Source of the DNA: Candidatus Aminicenantes bacterium
GTDB lineage: Bacteria; Acidobacteriota; Aminicenantia; Aminicenantales; Saccharicenantaceae
Assembly: GCA_963807525.1 (NCBI GenBank)
Contig: CAWECI010000025.1
Location: 95,056 to 159,055, forward strand
DNA length: 64,000 bases
Direction of reading: 5' to 3'
Below the pieces are notes generated by a model. That model was not told the origin of the DNA. It saw only the letters and a list, made by a program, of their open reading frames with translations, and made no database searches. Positions within the stretch are counted from its first letter, which is position 1. Every line of letters starts with the position of its first letter. The position numbers and the translations under genes are program-made. Below, piece by piece: positions 19,208-29,188 of the stretch.

Positions 19208-20925
19208 ATGCATTCCCTGGACTGGATCGTCCTGACGTCATTCCTCCTGTTCGTAGCCGCCTACGGAGTCTGGAAGACCCGAGGGAAAAAGGACATGCCG
19301 GGCTATTTCCTGGCCAACAAATCGACTCCCTGGTACGGCGTCACCGTTTCCATCATGGCCACCCAGGCCAGCGCCATAACCTTCCTTTCCATGCCCGGCC
19401 AGGCCTACGTCGATGGCATGCGGTTCGTCCAGTTCTATTTCGGCTTGCCCATTGCCATGGTCATCCTCTCGATCACGGCCGTTCCGCTGTTCCATAAGCT
19501 CAAGGTGTACACGGCGTATGAATTCCTGGAGCAGAGGTTTGACCTGAAGAACCGGGCCCTGGGGAGCCTCCTCTTCCTCATCCAGCGGGGGCTCGCGGCC
19601 GGATTCACGATCCTGGCCCCGGCCCTGATCATCTCCGTTATCCTCGGCTGGGATTTCCGCCTGACGATCTTCATGATCGGGGGCCTGGTCGTCCTCTATA
19701 CGGCCGCGGGGGGACTGAGGCCGTCAATAAGACGCATCTTCTGCAGATGGCCATCGTGACGGTGGGCATGGGCGCGGCGTTCTTCATGATCTTCCGCCGG
19801 CTGCCGCCCGACATTTCATTTTCGAGCGCCGTCCATCTGGCCGGAAAGCTGGGCAAGCTGAATGTCGTCAATTTCACCTTCAACTGGGCGGACCGATACA
19901 ATTTTTGGTCGGGCCTCATCGGCGGGGCCTTCGTAGCCCTGTCATACTTCGGGACGGATCAATCTCAGGTCCAGCGCTACCTGGCCGGACGGTCCGTCGC
20001 CCAAAGCCGCATGGGGCTCCTCGCCAACGGCGTGGTCAAGGTCCCCATGCAGTTCGTCATCCTCTTCATCGGCGCCATGATCTTCGTTTTTTACCAGTTT
20101 GTGACGCCGCCGCTGTTCTTCAACCCAGTCGAAACGGCCCATGTCAAGAACGGGGCCTACGCGGCAGCCTATACGAAGCTCGAGGCGGACTATCGAGGCC
20201 TGAGCGGGGAGAAGCAGGACCAACTCCGGCGGATGCTGACGGCCATCGATAACCACAATAAAGGGGACGAGGCCGAGGCCATGGAGAAGCTCCGGCTGGT
20301 AAAAGAATCGGAATCCGGCCTCCGGCGGGACGCCATCGACCTCGTCAAGAAGAACGATCCCCTGGCCGAGACGAACGATACGAACTACATTTTCCTGAGC
20401 TTCGTGACCCGCTATCTCCCGGTCGGACTGGTCGGACTGATCCTGGCCGCTATCCTCTCGGCGTCGATGTCGGCGTCCTCCGCCGAGCTCAGCGCCCTGG
20501 CTTCCGTCACCGTGATCGACATCTACAAGCGTCTTATAAGGCGCAACGCCCCAGACCGGCACTATGTCCGCGCGTCGAAGGCGGCCACGGTTTTTTGGGG
20601 GCTCTATGCCATCGCGTTCGCCCAATTCGCGAACCACCTCGGCTCCTTGATCGAAGCCGTGAACATCATGGGGTCCCTGTTTTACGGGACGATCCTCGGG
20701 ATATTCCTCATCGCCTTCTATTTCAAGAGGATCGGCGGCAACGCGACCTTCGTGGCCGCGGTCATCGCCGAATTCACCGTGCTGGCCTGTTTCTTCTTTA
20801 CGAAGATCCCTTATCTCTGGTTCAACGTCATCGGCTGTGCCCTTCTCGTGATCCTGGCCAACATCATGAATCCTATTTGGCCGGGCAGGAGGACGGGATC
20901 GCCCGCACCGGCCTGTTCCGCCTGA
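19208..20925 (+). pseudogene. Sodium:solute symporter, split by a 1-nt deletion in a G6 run (19708-19713); may be a sequencing artefact
   Basis: ORF 19208-19759 (MATQASAITF, GMRFVQFYFG) and ORF to 20925 (YFGTDQSQVQRYL) join as YTAAGGTEAVNKTHLLQM if one G is added. Confidence 0.85.
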
Positions 20926-21022
20926 CTCTCCCGTCTTCCTGAGACGGGATTTCGGCTTCATTAAGCGCCGAAGGCACAATGTTAGGGGGCCGGCAATAAC
21001 GCGGGTCCTGCTCTCTCTTTCA

Positions 21023-21052
21023 TTGACTTCTTCCCTCCGAAGGCTCTAGAAT
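21023..21052 (+). promoter_or_regulatory. Sigma70 promoter, near-leaderless
   Basis: TTGACT-N18-TAGAAT, ATG 10 nt downstream. Confidence 0.55.
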
Positions 21053-21062
21053 CGCATCGCTG

Positions 21063-23468
21063 ATGGAAAAAGGGGACCAACTCGATTCCTGGAAAGAGAT
21101 CTCTGCCTACCTCAAACGCAATATCAGAACCTGCCAGAACTGGGAGCGAGAGCTCGGTCTTCCCGTCCATCGACTCGACGGTTCGCCCAGGGCCAGGGTT
21201 TTCGCCTACACCGGCGAGCTGGACGCCTGGCGAAACGATAAGTGTCTCGAACGGGGCGACCTGCAGGCGAAAGTGAAAACCCGGCGGCTGTTCATGGTCG
21301 CCTTCGCTCTGCTCGGCATCGTCGTCCTCGGCGCCGTCGTCTTGAGATATCTCTTCCGCGGGAGCGCAGGGGGCCCTACGGCGCTCGAGAACTCCGTCGC
21401 CATCATCAGCTTCGAGAACCAGACGGGTGACGCAGCGCTCGATATCTATCGCAAGATGATCCCCAGCCTCCTGATCACGAGCCTGGAACAAACGCAGAGC
21501 TTCTATGTGATGAGCTCCGAGCGCCTCGAGGATATCCTGAAGCAGATCGGCAAGGACGGCGCGGAGTTTATCGACGACGAGATCGGGTTCGAGGCCTGCC
21601 GCAAGGTCGGAGTGAAGGCGCTGGTCACTGGCAGTTTTTTCAAGGCCGGCGGCACATTCATGACGGACGTGAAAGTCCTTGATGTCAGGACCAAGCGGCT
21701 CCTCGGGACGGCCAAGGCCCAGGGGGCGGGGCCGGAGAGCCTTTTCCTGAATCAGGTCGATGATCTGAGCCGCCAGATCTCGACGAGCCTGGGTATTGCC
21801 AAAGACAGGCTCGACGCCAGCCTGAGGTCAGTCGAGGGCTTCGGCACGAAGTCGGCGGAGGCCTACAAGTATTACCTGCTGGGGTCAAGGGACCTCGATA
21901 ATCACCTCTACGCTCGGGCCCGCGAATCCTTGGAGAAGGCCGTCCGGATCGATCCGGATTTCGCTGACGCCTTTGGGCAACTGGCGAGCGCATATTATGG
22001 AGACGGCGACGAGCCGGCCTCCTTCCTGGCCATCGAAAGGGCACATGCCCTTTCCAAGAATGCCCCGGAAAAGGAAAGGCTTCAAATCGAAGCCAGCTAC
22101 GCCCAAGCCATTGAAACAGACAGCGAGAAAGAGCTAGCCATCGTCCAGGAGTTCGCGGCGAAGTTTCCCAAGGAGAAGTCGGCCCATATCTGGCTGGGCT
22201 GGTTGTACGAGACGTCGGACCCGACGAAAGCTATGGCCGAGTATCAGATCGCGCTCGATCTCGACCCCAATTCGACAGCAAGCCTGAACGCTCTCGGGTT
22301 GATGTACGTGGAACGGAAAGAATTCGACAAAGGCCTGGAACTCCTGCGAAGGGAAACGGCCGTCGCGCCGGAGAATCGCAACGCTTGGGATTCCCTGGCC
22401 CAGGCCTATTTCCGGGCCGGGAAGGTCGCCGAGGCAAAAGCCGGGTTCTTGCAGCTGCTTGAGAAATGGCCGGATACGAACTGGTCCGTTTCGGTCCTCC
22501 AGTATATCTATGCGCTCGAAGAGGATTATGGGGGAGCCCTGAGACAGTGGGACGGGCTCCTCGGGGTCTGTACGCCTCAGCAAAGGCCGCTGATCTATTG
22601 GTGGAAGGGATTCTACGGGTGTTGGCTTGGCGACTCGGTAGGTTGTCTGAGCGACCTCAAGCGGGCCGCGGAGATGCTCGAGGCGATGGGGAGAAAAGGC
22701 GAGGTGGCCGAGATCATGCGGCTCCGCGTCTGGCTATATCTCGATCGGCATGAGTACGATCTGAGCCGGAAGTCTCTCGCGGACTATCGGGCTTTTTGCT
22801 CAAGGGAAATGCCGCAATATACGGCCTATTCTGATGCTCTGTATGACGAAGCGCTCGGGCATATCGAATGCGGATCGGGAGATGCGGACCGGGCGGAGCA
22901 GTGCTTGGAGGATATGGAGGCGCTCATCCCCAAGGTCAAGGCCTTGGTCCCCCGGAACCCTCTCGTCCAGGCAGGAACGAGCATGATCGACGACAACGCT
23001 CAAAGAGCCCTGGAATACGGGGCGAAGCGGCTTCGAACCGAGGTGGAACTGGCTCATGGGCGCATCGATGAGGCCGTCGGAAGCCTGGAGAGGACGCCGC
23101 CCCGGCCGCTGCCGACGTTCATCGGCACGAGCATCTTCCTTTATCTGATGTCCTACAATATTCCCTTCCTTAATGATGCCCGCGCCAGAGCCTATGCGGC
23201 CAGGGGCGATCTGGACAAGGCTATCGCCGAATACGAGCGGCTGACCACGTTCGACCCGAAGAACGAGGCCCAATTCCTCATCCATCCGAAATACCATTAC
23301 CGGCTGGGCTTGCTCTACGAACAGAAGGGCCAGAAGGCCAAGGCCGCCGAGCGCTACCGGAAGTTCCTTGACCTCTGGAAAGACGCCGATCCCAGCCTGC
23401 CCGAGGTGGAGGATGCAAGGAAGAGGCTGGCCTTGCTGCCCTCGAAGCCGGCTGCAAGTTGTCCATGA
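21063..23468 (+). CDS. Membrane-anchored TPR protein with N-terminal HTH-like DNA-binding domain and TolB-N-like domain
   Basis: LDSWKEISAYLKRNIRTCQNWERELGLPVHR; TM LFMVAFALLGIVVLGAVVL; VAIISFENQTGD; many TPRs; YRKFLDLWKDADP. Confidence 0.8.
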   Translation: MEKGDQLDSWKEISAYLKRNIRTCQNWERELGLPVHRLDGSPRARVFAYTGELDAWRNDKCLERGDLQAKVKTRRLFMVAFALLGIVVLGAVVLRYLFRGSAGGPTALENSVAIISFENQTGDAALDIYRKMIPSLLITSLEQTQSFYVMSSERLEDILKQIGKDGAEFIDDEIGFEACRKVGVKALVTGSFFKAGGTFMTDVKVLDVRTKRLLGTAKAQGAGPESLFLNQVDDLSRQISTSLGIAKDRLDASLRSVEGFGTKSAEAYKYYLLGSRDLDNHLYARARESLEKAVRIDPDFADAFGQLASAYYGDGDEPASFLAIERAHALSKNAPEKERLQIEASYAQAIETDSEKELAIVQEFAAKFPKEKSAHIWLGWLYETSDPTKAMAEYQIALDLDPNSTASLNALGLMYVERKEFDKGLELLRRETAVAPENRNAWDSLAQAYFRAGKVAEAKAGFLQLLEKWPDTNWSVSVLQYIYALEEDYGGALRQWDGLLGVCTPQQRPLIYWWKGFYGCWLGDSVGCLSDLKRAAEMLEAMGRKGEVAEIMRLRVWLYLDRHEYDLSRKSLADYRAFCSREMPQYTAYSDALYDEALGHIECGSGDADRAEQCLEDMEALIPKVKALVPRNPLVQAGTSMIDDNAQRALEYGAKRLRTEVELAHGRIDEAVGSLERTPPRPLPTFIGTSIFLYLMSYNIPFLNDARARAYAARGDLDKAIAEYERLTTFDPKNEAQFLIHPKYHYRLGLLYEQKGQKAKAAERYRKFLDLWKDADPSLPEVEDARKRLALLPSKPAASCP

Positions 23469-23546
23469 AAGCGCTCGTGATCTGGGGACGAGGGGCCTGC
23501 CGCCTCTTAGTAGAATGGCCTGGGCGAGGTCGAGATGCGAGGGCCA

Positions 23547-23705
23547 ATGTCTAAACGGAAGACCGTGATCGGCATTGGAATTGTCCTGGTCCTCGTGATC
23601 TCGATATGGATGAGCATCGCCTCGAACCCGATCAGCGGGATCGCGGTTTTCTTTGTCCTGACAGGCCTGCTGTGGGCGCTGGCCAAGACCAGGCACTGGA
23701 TCTAG
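23547..23705 (+). CDS. Small two-TM hypothetical protein (52 aa), below the ORF-track cutoff
   Basis: GAGGG SD; MSKRKTVIGIGIVLVLVISIWMSIASNPISGIAVFFVLTGLLWALAKTRHWI. Confidence 0.55.
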   Translation: MSKRKTVIGIGIVLVLVISIWMSIASNPISGIAVFFVLTGLLWALAKTRHWI

Positions 23706-23795
23706 GGCGCGCTCGCCGCATCGATCCCGCGGGATATTGAGTCGTCCCTGCCCAGGTGCTACATTGTGGCAGGGAGCACCCGGAAGGAGATCTCC

Positions 23796-25727
23796 ATGGG
23801 GAAGCAGAAAGCGGCTCTGGCATTAAGCCTTGTCTTGGTCGTCGCGATCGCGGCTTCGGGACAAACCAAGCCCCGGGCCCGCGACTTGGGCATCCCCTTC
23901 GACGGCACGCCGGGCGCCTATAACGCCATCACCGACGTCGCGGGCGTCGAGGTCGGGATGACCACGCTCATCTCCGGCAAAGGACCTCTCGTCGTCGGCC
24001 AAGGACCGGTGCGGACGGGCGTGACCGCCGTCATCCCTCGCGGAAAAGGAAGGCTGAACCAGGTCTTCGCGGCCTGGTTCACGCTCAACGGCAACGGCGA
24101 GATGACGGGCACGACCTGGCTCGACGAATCGGGCTTTCTGGAGGGCCCCGTTCTGATCACGAACACCCACAGCGTCGGCGTCGTCCACGACGCGGTCATC
24201 GCCTGGCAGCTGGCGCGGATGGGGGACAGGTTCCCGACCTGGTCCCTGCCTGTCGTCGCCGAAACCTGGGACGGGGACCTCAATGATATCAACGGCTTCC
24301 ACGTTAAACCGGAACACGTCTATCAGGCCCTCGACGGCGCCAAGTCCGGGCCGGTGGCCGAAGGGAACGTCGGCGGCGGCACGGGCATGATCGTCCACCG
24401 CTTCAAGGGCGGCACCGGCACGTCCTCGCGAAAGGTCATGATCGGCCGGGCCTCCTATACGGTCGGCGTCCTCGTCCAGGCGAACTACGGCGGCAGGGAC
24501 CAGTTGACGATCGCCGGCGTCCCCGTCGGCAAGGAGATCCCGGACCTCATGCCGCATGGCGGGGAAGGAGACGCCGGGTCGATCATCGTCGTCATCGCCA
24601 CCGACGCGCCGCTCCTGCCCCACCAGCTCAAGCGCATAGCCGAGAGGGCCTCCCTCGGGATCGGCCGGACCGGCGGCATCGGCAGCAACAGCTCGGGCGA
24701 CATCTTCATCGCCTTTTCGACGGCCAACCCGGGCGCGGCGGGAAGCTCCGATCCGGTCAAGGTCGATATGCTGCCCAACGACTGGATCAATCCCCTGTTC
24801 ACCGCGACCGTCCAGGCCACCGAGGAAGCCATCGTCAATGCCATGGTCGCCGCGGAAACGATGGAGGGCATCAACGGCCGCGTCGTTTACGCCATTCCAC
24901 ACGATCGCTTGAGGGCCATTCTCAAGAAATACGGACGCCTCGTCGAGCCGGGGACGAAGGAGCCGCTGCCTGCCCAGGCCCCCGGGTCCGTGTTCCTGGA
25001 GAACCTGACCTGGGTCCAGGCGGAAAAAGCGCTCAAGGAACATGATGTCGTCCTCTTCGCGCTCGGCGCCCGCTCGAAAGAACACGGCCCCCATCTGCCG
25101 CTCAAGAACGACTATGTCCTCGCCGAATACCTGATGAAGCGCGTCGCGGACGAGGTCCCCGTCGCCGTCCTGCCGACGGTGCCCTACGGATATTACCCCG
25201 CCTTCCTCGAGTATCCGGGCTCAGTCTCGATCGGGGCCGAGACCTTCAAGAACTTCGTCATGGATATCTGCAAGTCCATGCACGGCTACGGGCGCGACAA
25301 GTTTTACTGTCTCAACACCGGCGTCTCGACGATCGGGCCGCTGGCCGAAGCGTCGAAAGAGCTGGCCGCCCTAGGCATCTTCCTCCGCTCCCTCAACGTC
25401 CTCGAGGCGGACGGCGCGCTGCCCGCCGGGCTCCTGAAACAGGAGGGCGGCACTCATGCCGACGAGAACGAGACCTCGATGATGCTCTATATCGCGCCCG
25501 AGATCGTGGACATGTCCAAGGCGGTCAAGGATTACGACCCCCGGCCCGGCCGTCATGGCCTCACTCGCGATCTCCAGGGGAAGGGCACATACAGCGCGAC
25601 CGGCATCTATGGCGACCCAACCCTGGCTAACCCGGAAAAGGGGAAGGTCATCGTCGAGGCGACGGTCCGCGAGATCGTCCGCCAGGTCCGTGACCTGATG
25701 GCCCTCAAGGCGAGCGGTATAAGATAA
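23796..25727 (+). CDS. Fusion: exported P1/DmpA (S58) aminopeptidase + creatininase-family amidohydrolase
   Basis: SD AAGGAG; signal peptide; NAITDVAGVEVG, NGNGEMTG, EGNVGGGTGM, VQANYG, G|SIIVVIATDAP; then ENLTW, EHGPHLP..D, HADENETS. Confidence 0.88.
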   Translation: MGKQKAALALSLVLVVAIAASGQTKPRARDLGIPFDGTPGAYNAITDVAGVEVGMTTLISGKGPLVVGQGPVRTGVTAVIPRGKGRLNQVFAAWFTLNGNGEMTGTTWLDESGFLEGPVLITNTHSVGVVHDAVIAWQLARMGDRFPTWSLPVVAETWDGDLNDINGFHVKPEHVYQALDGAKSGPVAEGNVGGGTGMIVHRFKGGTGTSSRKVMIGRASYTVGVLVQANYGGRDQLTIAGVPVGKEIPDLMPHGGEGDAGSIIVVIATDAPLLPHQLKRIAERASLGIGRTGGIGSNSSGDIFIAFSTANPGAAGSSDPVKVDMLPNDWINPLFTATVQATEEAIVNAMVAAETMEGINGRVVYAIPHDRLRAILKKYGRLVEPGTKEPLPAQAPGSVFLENLTWVQAEKALKEHDVVLFALGARSKEHGPHLPLKNDYVLAEYLMKRVADEVPVAVLPTVPYGYYPAFLEYPGSVSIGAETFKNFVMDICKSMHGYGRDKFYCLNTGVSTIGPLAEASKELAALGIFLRSLNVLEADGALPAGLLKQEGGTHADENETSMMLYIAPEIVDMSKAVKDYDPRPGRHGLTRDLQGKGTYSATGIYGDPTLANPEKGKVIVEATVREIVRQVRDLMALKASGIR

Positions 25728-25800
25728 ACGGGGGCTTGGACCTTCTCCCGGTTGAAAAAACCGAATAATGGGCTATTAATGGAATAAGGGGGTGGATCCG

Positions 25801-26085
25801 ATGAAGAAGATCGCGTTCGTCGTTCTTTTGGGGGTCTTGGCAGCGCTTCTGGCCGACTGCATCGTCTACCCGACGATCGGCCCGCCGGCGCTCCGGGCGG
25901 AGGCCGCGATCGGACGGCCCGGTCCCGGCTATGTCTGGATATCCGGCTACTGGACCTGGAGCGGAGGCGGCTATCGCTGGCACTCCGGCTACTGGGCCAG
26001 GGCCCGGCGCGGCCGGGCTTGGGTCGACGGCCGCTGGGAACAGCGCGGCCAGCGGTGGGCCTGGCATAAGGGCTACTGGCGATAG
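25801..26085 (+). CDS. YXWGXW/WXXGXW repeat-containing exported protein
   Basis: Signal/lipobox-like N-terminus; YVWISGYW, RWHSGYW, WVDGRW, WHKGYW. Confidence 0.82.
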   Translation: MKKIAFVVLLGVLAALLADCIVYPTIGPPALRAEAAIGRPGPGYVWISGYWTWSGGGYRWHSGYWARARRGRAWVDGRWEQRGQRWAWHKGYWR

Positions 26086-26159
26086 AAGTTGCGAACGGGA
26101 CCCTAACCCGTTAGAATCCTCCTCGGTTCGAAGCACCTGAGGATCTTCGAGGAGGTACC

Positions 26160-26645
26160 ATGCTCAAATCCCGTTCTGCTGCAGTGTCCGTCGTCGGGGC
26201 GATCGTCTTCGGGGCGGCTCTCTTCGCCGCCGCCAGCCTGGTCGGGGCCGGCGATCACGGGTCCGCCGGACAGGTTCGGACCGCCGTCAAGCCCGCCCAT
26301 AAGCTCCTGCCCGTCAAAGCCGTCGCCAACATCCAGCCCCTCGCCAAGGCGCTGGGCAATCCCGTCGCCTTTGGCTTTGTCCAGTACGATGGCTCGATCA
26401 GCGCGACGAGCGGCAATTTCACCGCGGAATGGAACCAGACGACCGGCCGGTATTACATTCATATCGCCGGAGTCTCCTATCAACGGGGACCTTATATCAC
26501 TTTCGTGACCGCCGAAGGCAATGGGGGGATCTATCTTCCGGCGACATGGGAAGATAACGGCGCGCTGGTTATTTATATCGGCGAGATCACCGGCGATACA
26601 GGGATCCAAGCCGGATTCCAGTTCGTGACATATAAAGTCTCCTGA
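26160..26645 (+). CDS. Exported hypothetical beta-rich protein
   Basis: SD GAGGAGG; signal peptide; AFGFVQYDGSISATSGNF..GRYYI. Confidence 0.7.
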   Translation: MLKSRSAAVSVVGAIVFGAALFAAASLVGAGDHGSAGQVRTAVKPAHKLLPVKAVANIQPLAKALGNPVAFGFVQYDGSISATSGNFTAEWNQTTGRYYIHIAGVSYQRGPYITFVTAEGNGGIYLPATWEDNGALVIYIGEITGDTGIQAGFQFVTYKVS

Positions 26646-26692
26646 GCCGATCCGGAGGGCCTGCCCCCCGTGCCGGGACAGCCCCTCAGAGA

Positions 26693-27637
26693 TCAGACAG
26701 CAGGAGCGACCGGCGCCGGCACCGCGTCCTGTGCCTGCCGCTTGAAGGCGTCGTATTCCGGGCCGAGCTGAGCCAGGAACTCGAGGCTGAACCCGCGGTA
26801 GGCGTACCACACAGGAAGGGTCACGACCGTGCTGATGTACGGGATAGCCAGCAGGATAAAGCCGATGCAGCAGGTGAGAAGACCGGCCGCGGCGACGGCG
26901 ATAATGAAGGCGATGACGAGGAAGAAGATGAGGACGCCGTAGCCGATGAAGTGAAAGGGGGCCTTGCCGAACGCGCGCAGGAAGCTCTTCCAAGCCTGGC
27001 CGCACGTGATCCGGTCGCGGTACATCAGGGCGGCGACGAAATCCCTGAGGAAGAGGTGAATGTAGCCCCAGATGACGATCAGCCCGAACATCACCAGCCC
27101 CAATCCGATGATGAAACCGATGGGCAGCGCCGGGCTGATGTCGGCCTCATAGAGCGCGGTGCCGCGGGCGAAGAAAACGGCGATGACCGCCCCGAACGTA
27201 ACGAACGCGCCGATCGCCAGCAGGAGCCGCCACACGAACAGGGAGTTGCCTTCCTTCCGGTACTCCCGCCAGGGCTTGGCGACCTCGACACTGTTCTTGA
27301 CGACGTTGTCCATGAGCATGAACGTGCCCCTGGCGCCCGCCCAGGTCAGGACGACGTACAGGGCGATCATGACCACGGCCCCGAAGAGAATGAGGTAGGA
27401 CCAGAGCGGATGCGCCATCAGCCAGGTCCAGGCCGTATGCGGGAAATAGACGGCGTCCCTGAAGTTCCCGTGCTGGCCGAAGCGGGCCCCGCTGCCGCTG
27501 TTCCAGACCCCAAAGAGCCCGGCCAGGAAGGCGTTGAAGCCGACGACGAACCACTTGTGGAGGTCGAACGGCTTGAACAGCGCGATCTTCATCCGGTTCC
27601 AGGCATGGCTGAGCGGTTCCATGAAATGAACGGTCAT
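26693..27637 (-). CDS. Hypothetical multi-pass membrane protein
   Basis: SD GGGAGG; 314 aa with about 6 TM segments; LLTCCIGFILLAIPYISTVV. Confidence 0.8.
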   Translation of the reverse strand: MTVHFMEPLSHAWNRMKIALFKPFDLHKWFVVGFNAFLAGLFGVWNSGSGARFGQHGNFRDAVYFPHTAWTWLMAHPLWSYLILFGAVVMIALYVVLTWAGARGTFMLMDNVVKNSVEVAKPWREYRKEGNSLFVWRLLLAIGAFVTFGAVIAVFFARGTALYEADISPALPIGFIIGLGLVMFGLIVIWGYIHLFLRDFVAALMYRDRITCGQAWKSFLRAFGKAPFHFIGYGVLIFFLVIAFIIAVAAAGLLTCCIGFILLAIPYISTVVTLPVWYAYRGFSLEFLAQLGPEYDAFKRQAQDAVPAPVAPAV

Positions 27638-27814
27638 TGGGACCTCCCGACGTTGGCCTTGTTATTGATCTCCCCAGCTCATAATACGGAATTGCGGGCC
27701 TCTTGTTCAAGGACCTTGTCGCGCCCCGCTTCGGGCGGCGTTGCCACCGGGGGTCAAATCCGATACTATTGATAGGGTTTTTCGCGGCCTGGCCGCGCGA
27801 TCCAGGGAGCGCTC

Positions 27815-29188
27815 ATGAGATCCGTGTGGAAATTCTTGTCCTCGATCAAGCTGGCCATCGTCCTGATCATCCTCCTGACCGTCGCCTCGGTCATCGGCAC
27901 GCTCATCCCGCAGGGCCGCAGCGCCGCTGAGTACACCTCCCGCTACGGCGTCCTGGCCGGCCTGTTCACGGCCCTCCGCCTGACCGCCCTCTATCGCTCC
28001 GTCTGGTTCCTGGTCCTTCTCCTCCTGTTCGCCGCGAACACGATCGTCTGCACCGTGACCAGGTTCGGCCCCAAATGGCGGCGCGCCTTCCGCCCGGTCC
28101 CCGACTTCGATCCCAAGTCCGTATGCTCGATGCGCTCGAGTTGCCGGTTCCGGCTGCCGCTCGGCCTTGAGGCGGCGCGCGGGAAGGTCGAGAGGGAGCT
28201 CAGGGGCCACCGCTACGCCATGAATCGATCGACGGGCGAGGGGAAGGCCCTCCTCCAGGCCCGCAAGCGGCGGCTGGGGTGGTTCGGCTCGGACATGGTC
28301 CACCTGGGCCTCCTGGTGATCCTCGCCGGCGGCCTCACCAGCGGCCTGGCCAGCCGGAAGTCGCCGTTGGCCCTGGCCGGCGGCCAGTCGGCCCCCGTGC
28401 CCCAAACCTCGTTCACGCTGCGCCTGGACACGTTCGAGACCGAATATTACCCGGGCGGCGAGATCAAAGATTGGAAGAGCACGGTGACCATCGTCGACGG
28501 CGGCGCGCCGGTCAAGACCGGGACCATCGAGGTCAACAGGCCCCTGAAGTACCGGGGCGTCACGTTCTACCAGCAGGGCTATGGCCTCGATTGGGACCTG
28601 GCCCGCTGCGTCCTCGAGCTCAAGAAGCCGGGCGACCCGGCCTTCTCCCGCGCGGTCTCGCTCAGGGTCGGCGAGCGAGCCCCCGTCGACGACCCCGACG
28701 TCACCCTGATCGCCATCCGCCGCTTCGTCCCCGATTTTATCCTTGGCGAGGGGAACCAGGTCCAGAGCCGGTCCGAAGATCCCAACAACCCGGCCGCCCT
28801 CGTCGAAGCCTGGAAAGGGGAGGAGCGCGTTTTTTCCGGCTGGGTCTTCGCCAAGTTCCCCGAGTTCGGGCAGGGACATGGGACAGGCGCGGCGGCCGGC
28901 CGCAACGCCCCGAAGGTCGCCGTCGTCCTGAAAGAATATACCCCGAGCCCCTATTCCGTCCTCGAAGCGGCCCGGGACCCGGGGGCGACCCTGATCTGGA
29001 TCGGCTGCGCGCTCATCTCCGTTGGCTTCTTCCTGGCCTTCTATTGGCCGCCCCGCGAGATCCGGATCGTCCTCGAGGCGTCTCCGGAGCGGGTCGATCT
29101 GGCCGCCGGCGGGCAAGCCTCGAAAAGCCGGGAATCGTTCCAAGCCGAATTCGATAAGATCTTCGAATCCATCCGGAGGCCGGAATGA
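27815..29188 (+). CDS. resB: Cytochrome c biogenesis protein ResB/CcsB (system II)
   Basis: LSSIKLAI..SVIGTLIPQ, SDMVHLGLLVIL, IEVNRPLKYRGVTFYQ, RDPGATLIWIGC. Confidence 0.92.
   Translation: MRSVWKFLSSIKLAIVLIILLTVASVIGTLIPQGRSAAEYTSRYGVLAGLFTALRLTALYRSVWFLVLLLLFAANTIVCTVTRFGPKWRRAFRPVPDFDPKSVCSMRSSCRFRLPLGLEAARGKVERELRGHRYAMNRSTGEGKALLQARKRRLGWFGSDMVHLGLLVILAGGLTSGLASRKSPLALAGGQSAPVPQTSFTLRLDTFETEYYPGGEIKDWKSTVTIVDGGAPVKTGTIEVNRPLKYRGVTFYQQGYGLDWDLARCVLELKKPGDPAFSRAVSLRVGERAPVDDPDVTLIAIRRFVPDFILGEGNQVQSRSEDPNNPAALVEAWKGEERVFSGWVFAKFPEFGQGHGTGAAAGRNAPKVAVVLKEYTPSPYSVLEAARDPGATLIWIGCALISVGFFLAFYWPPREIRIVLEASPERVDLAAGGQASKSRESFQAEFDKIFESIRRPE

Noticed and set aside
25781-25806. Third GGAATAA promoter copy
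   Set aside because: The -10 position reads TGAAG and overlaps the start codon.
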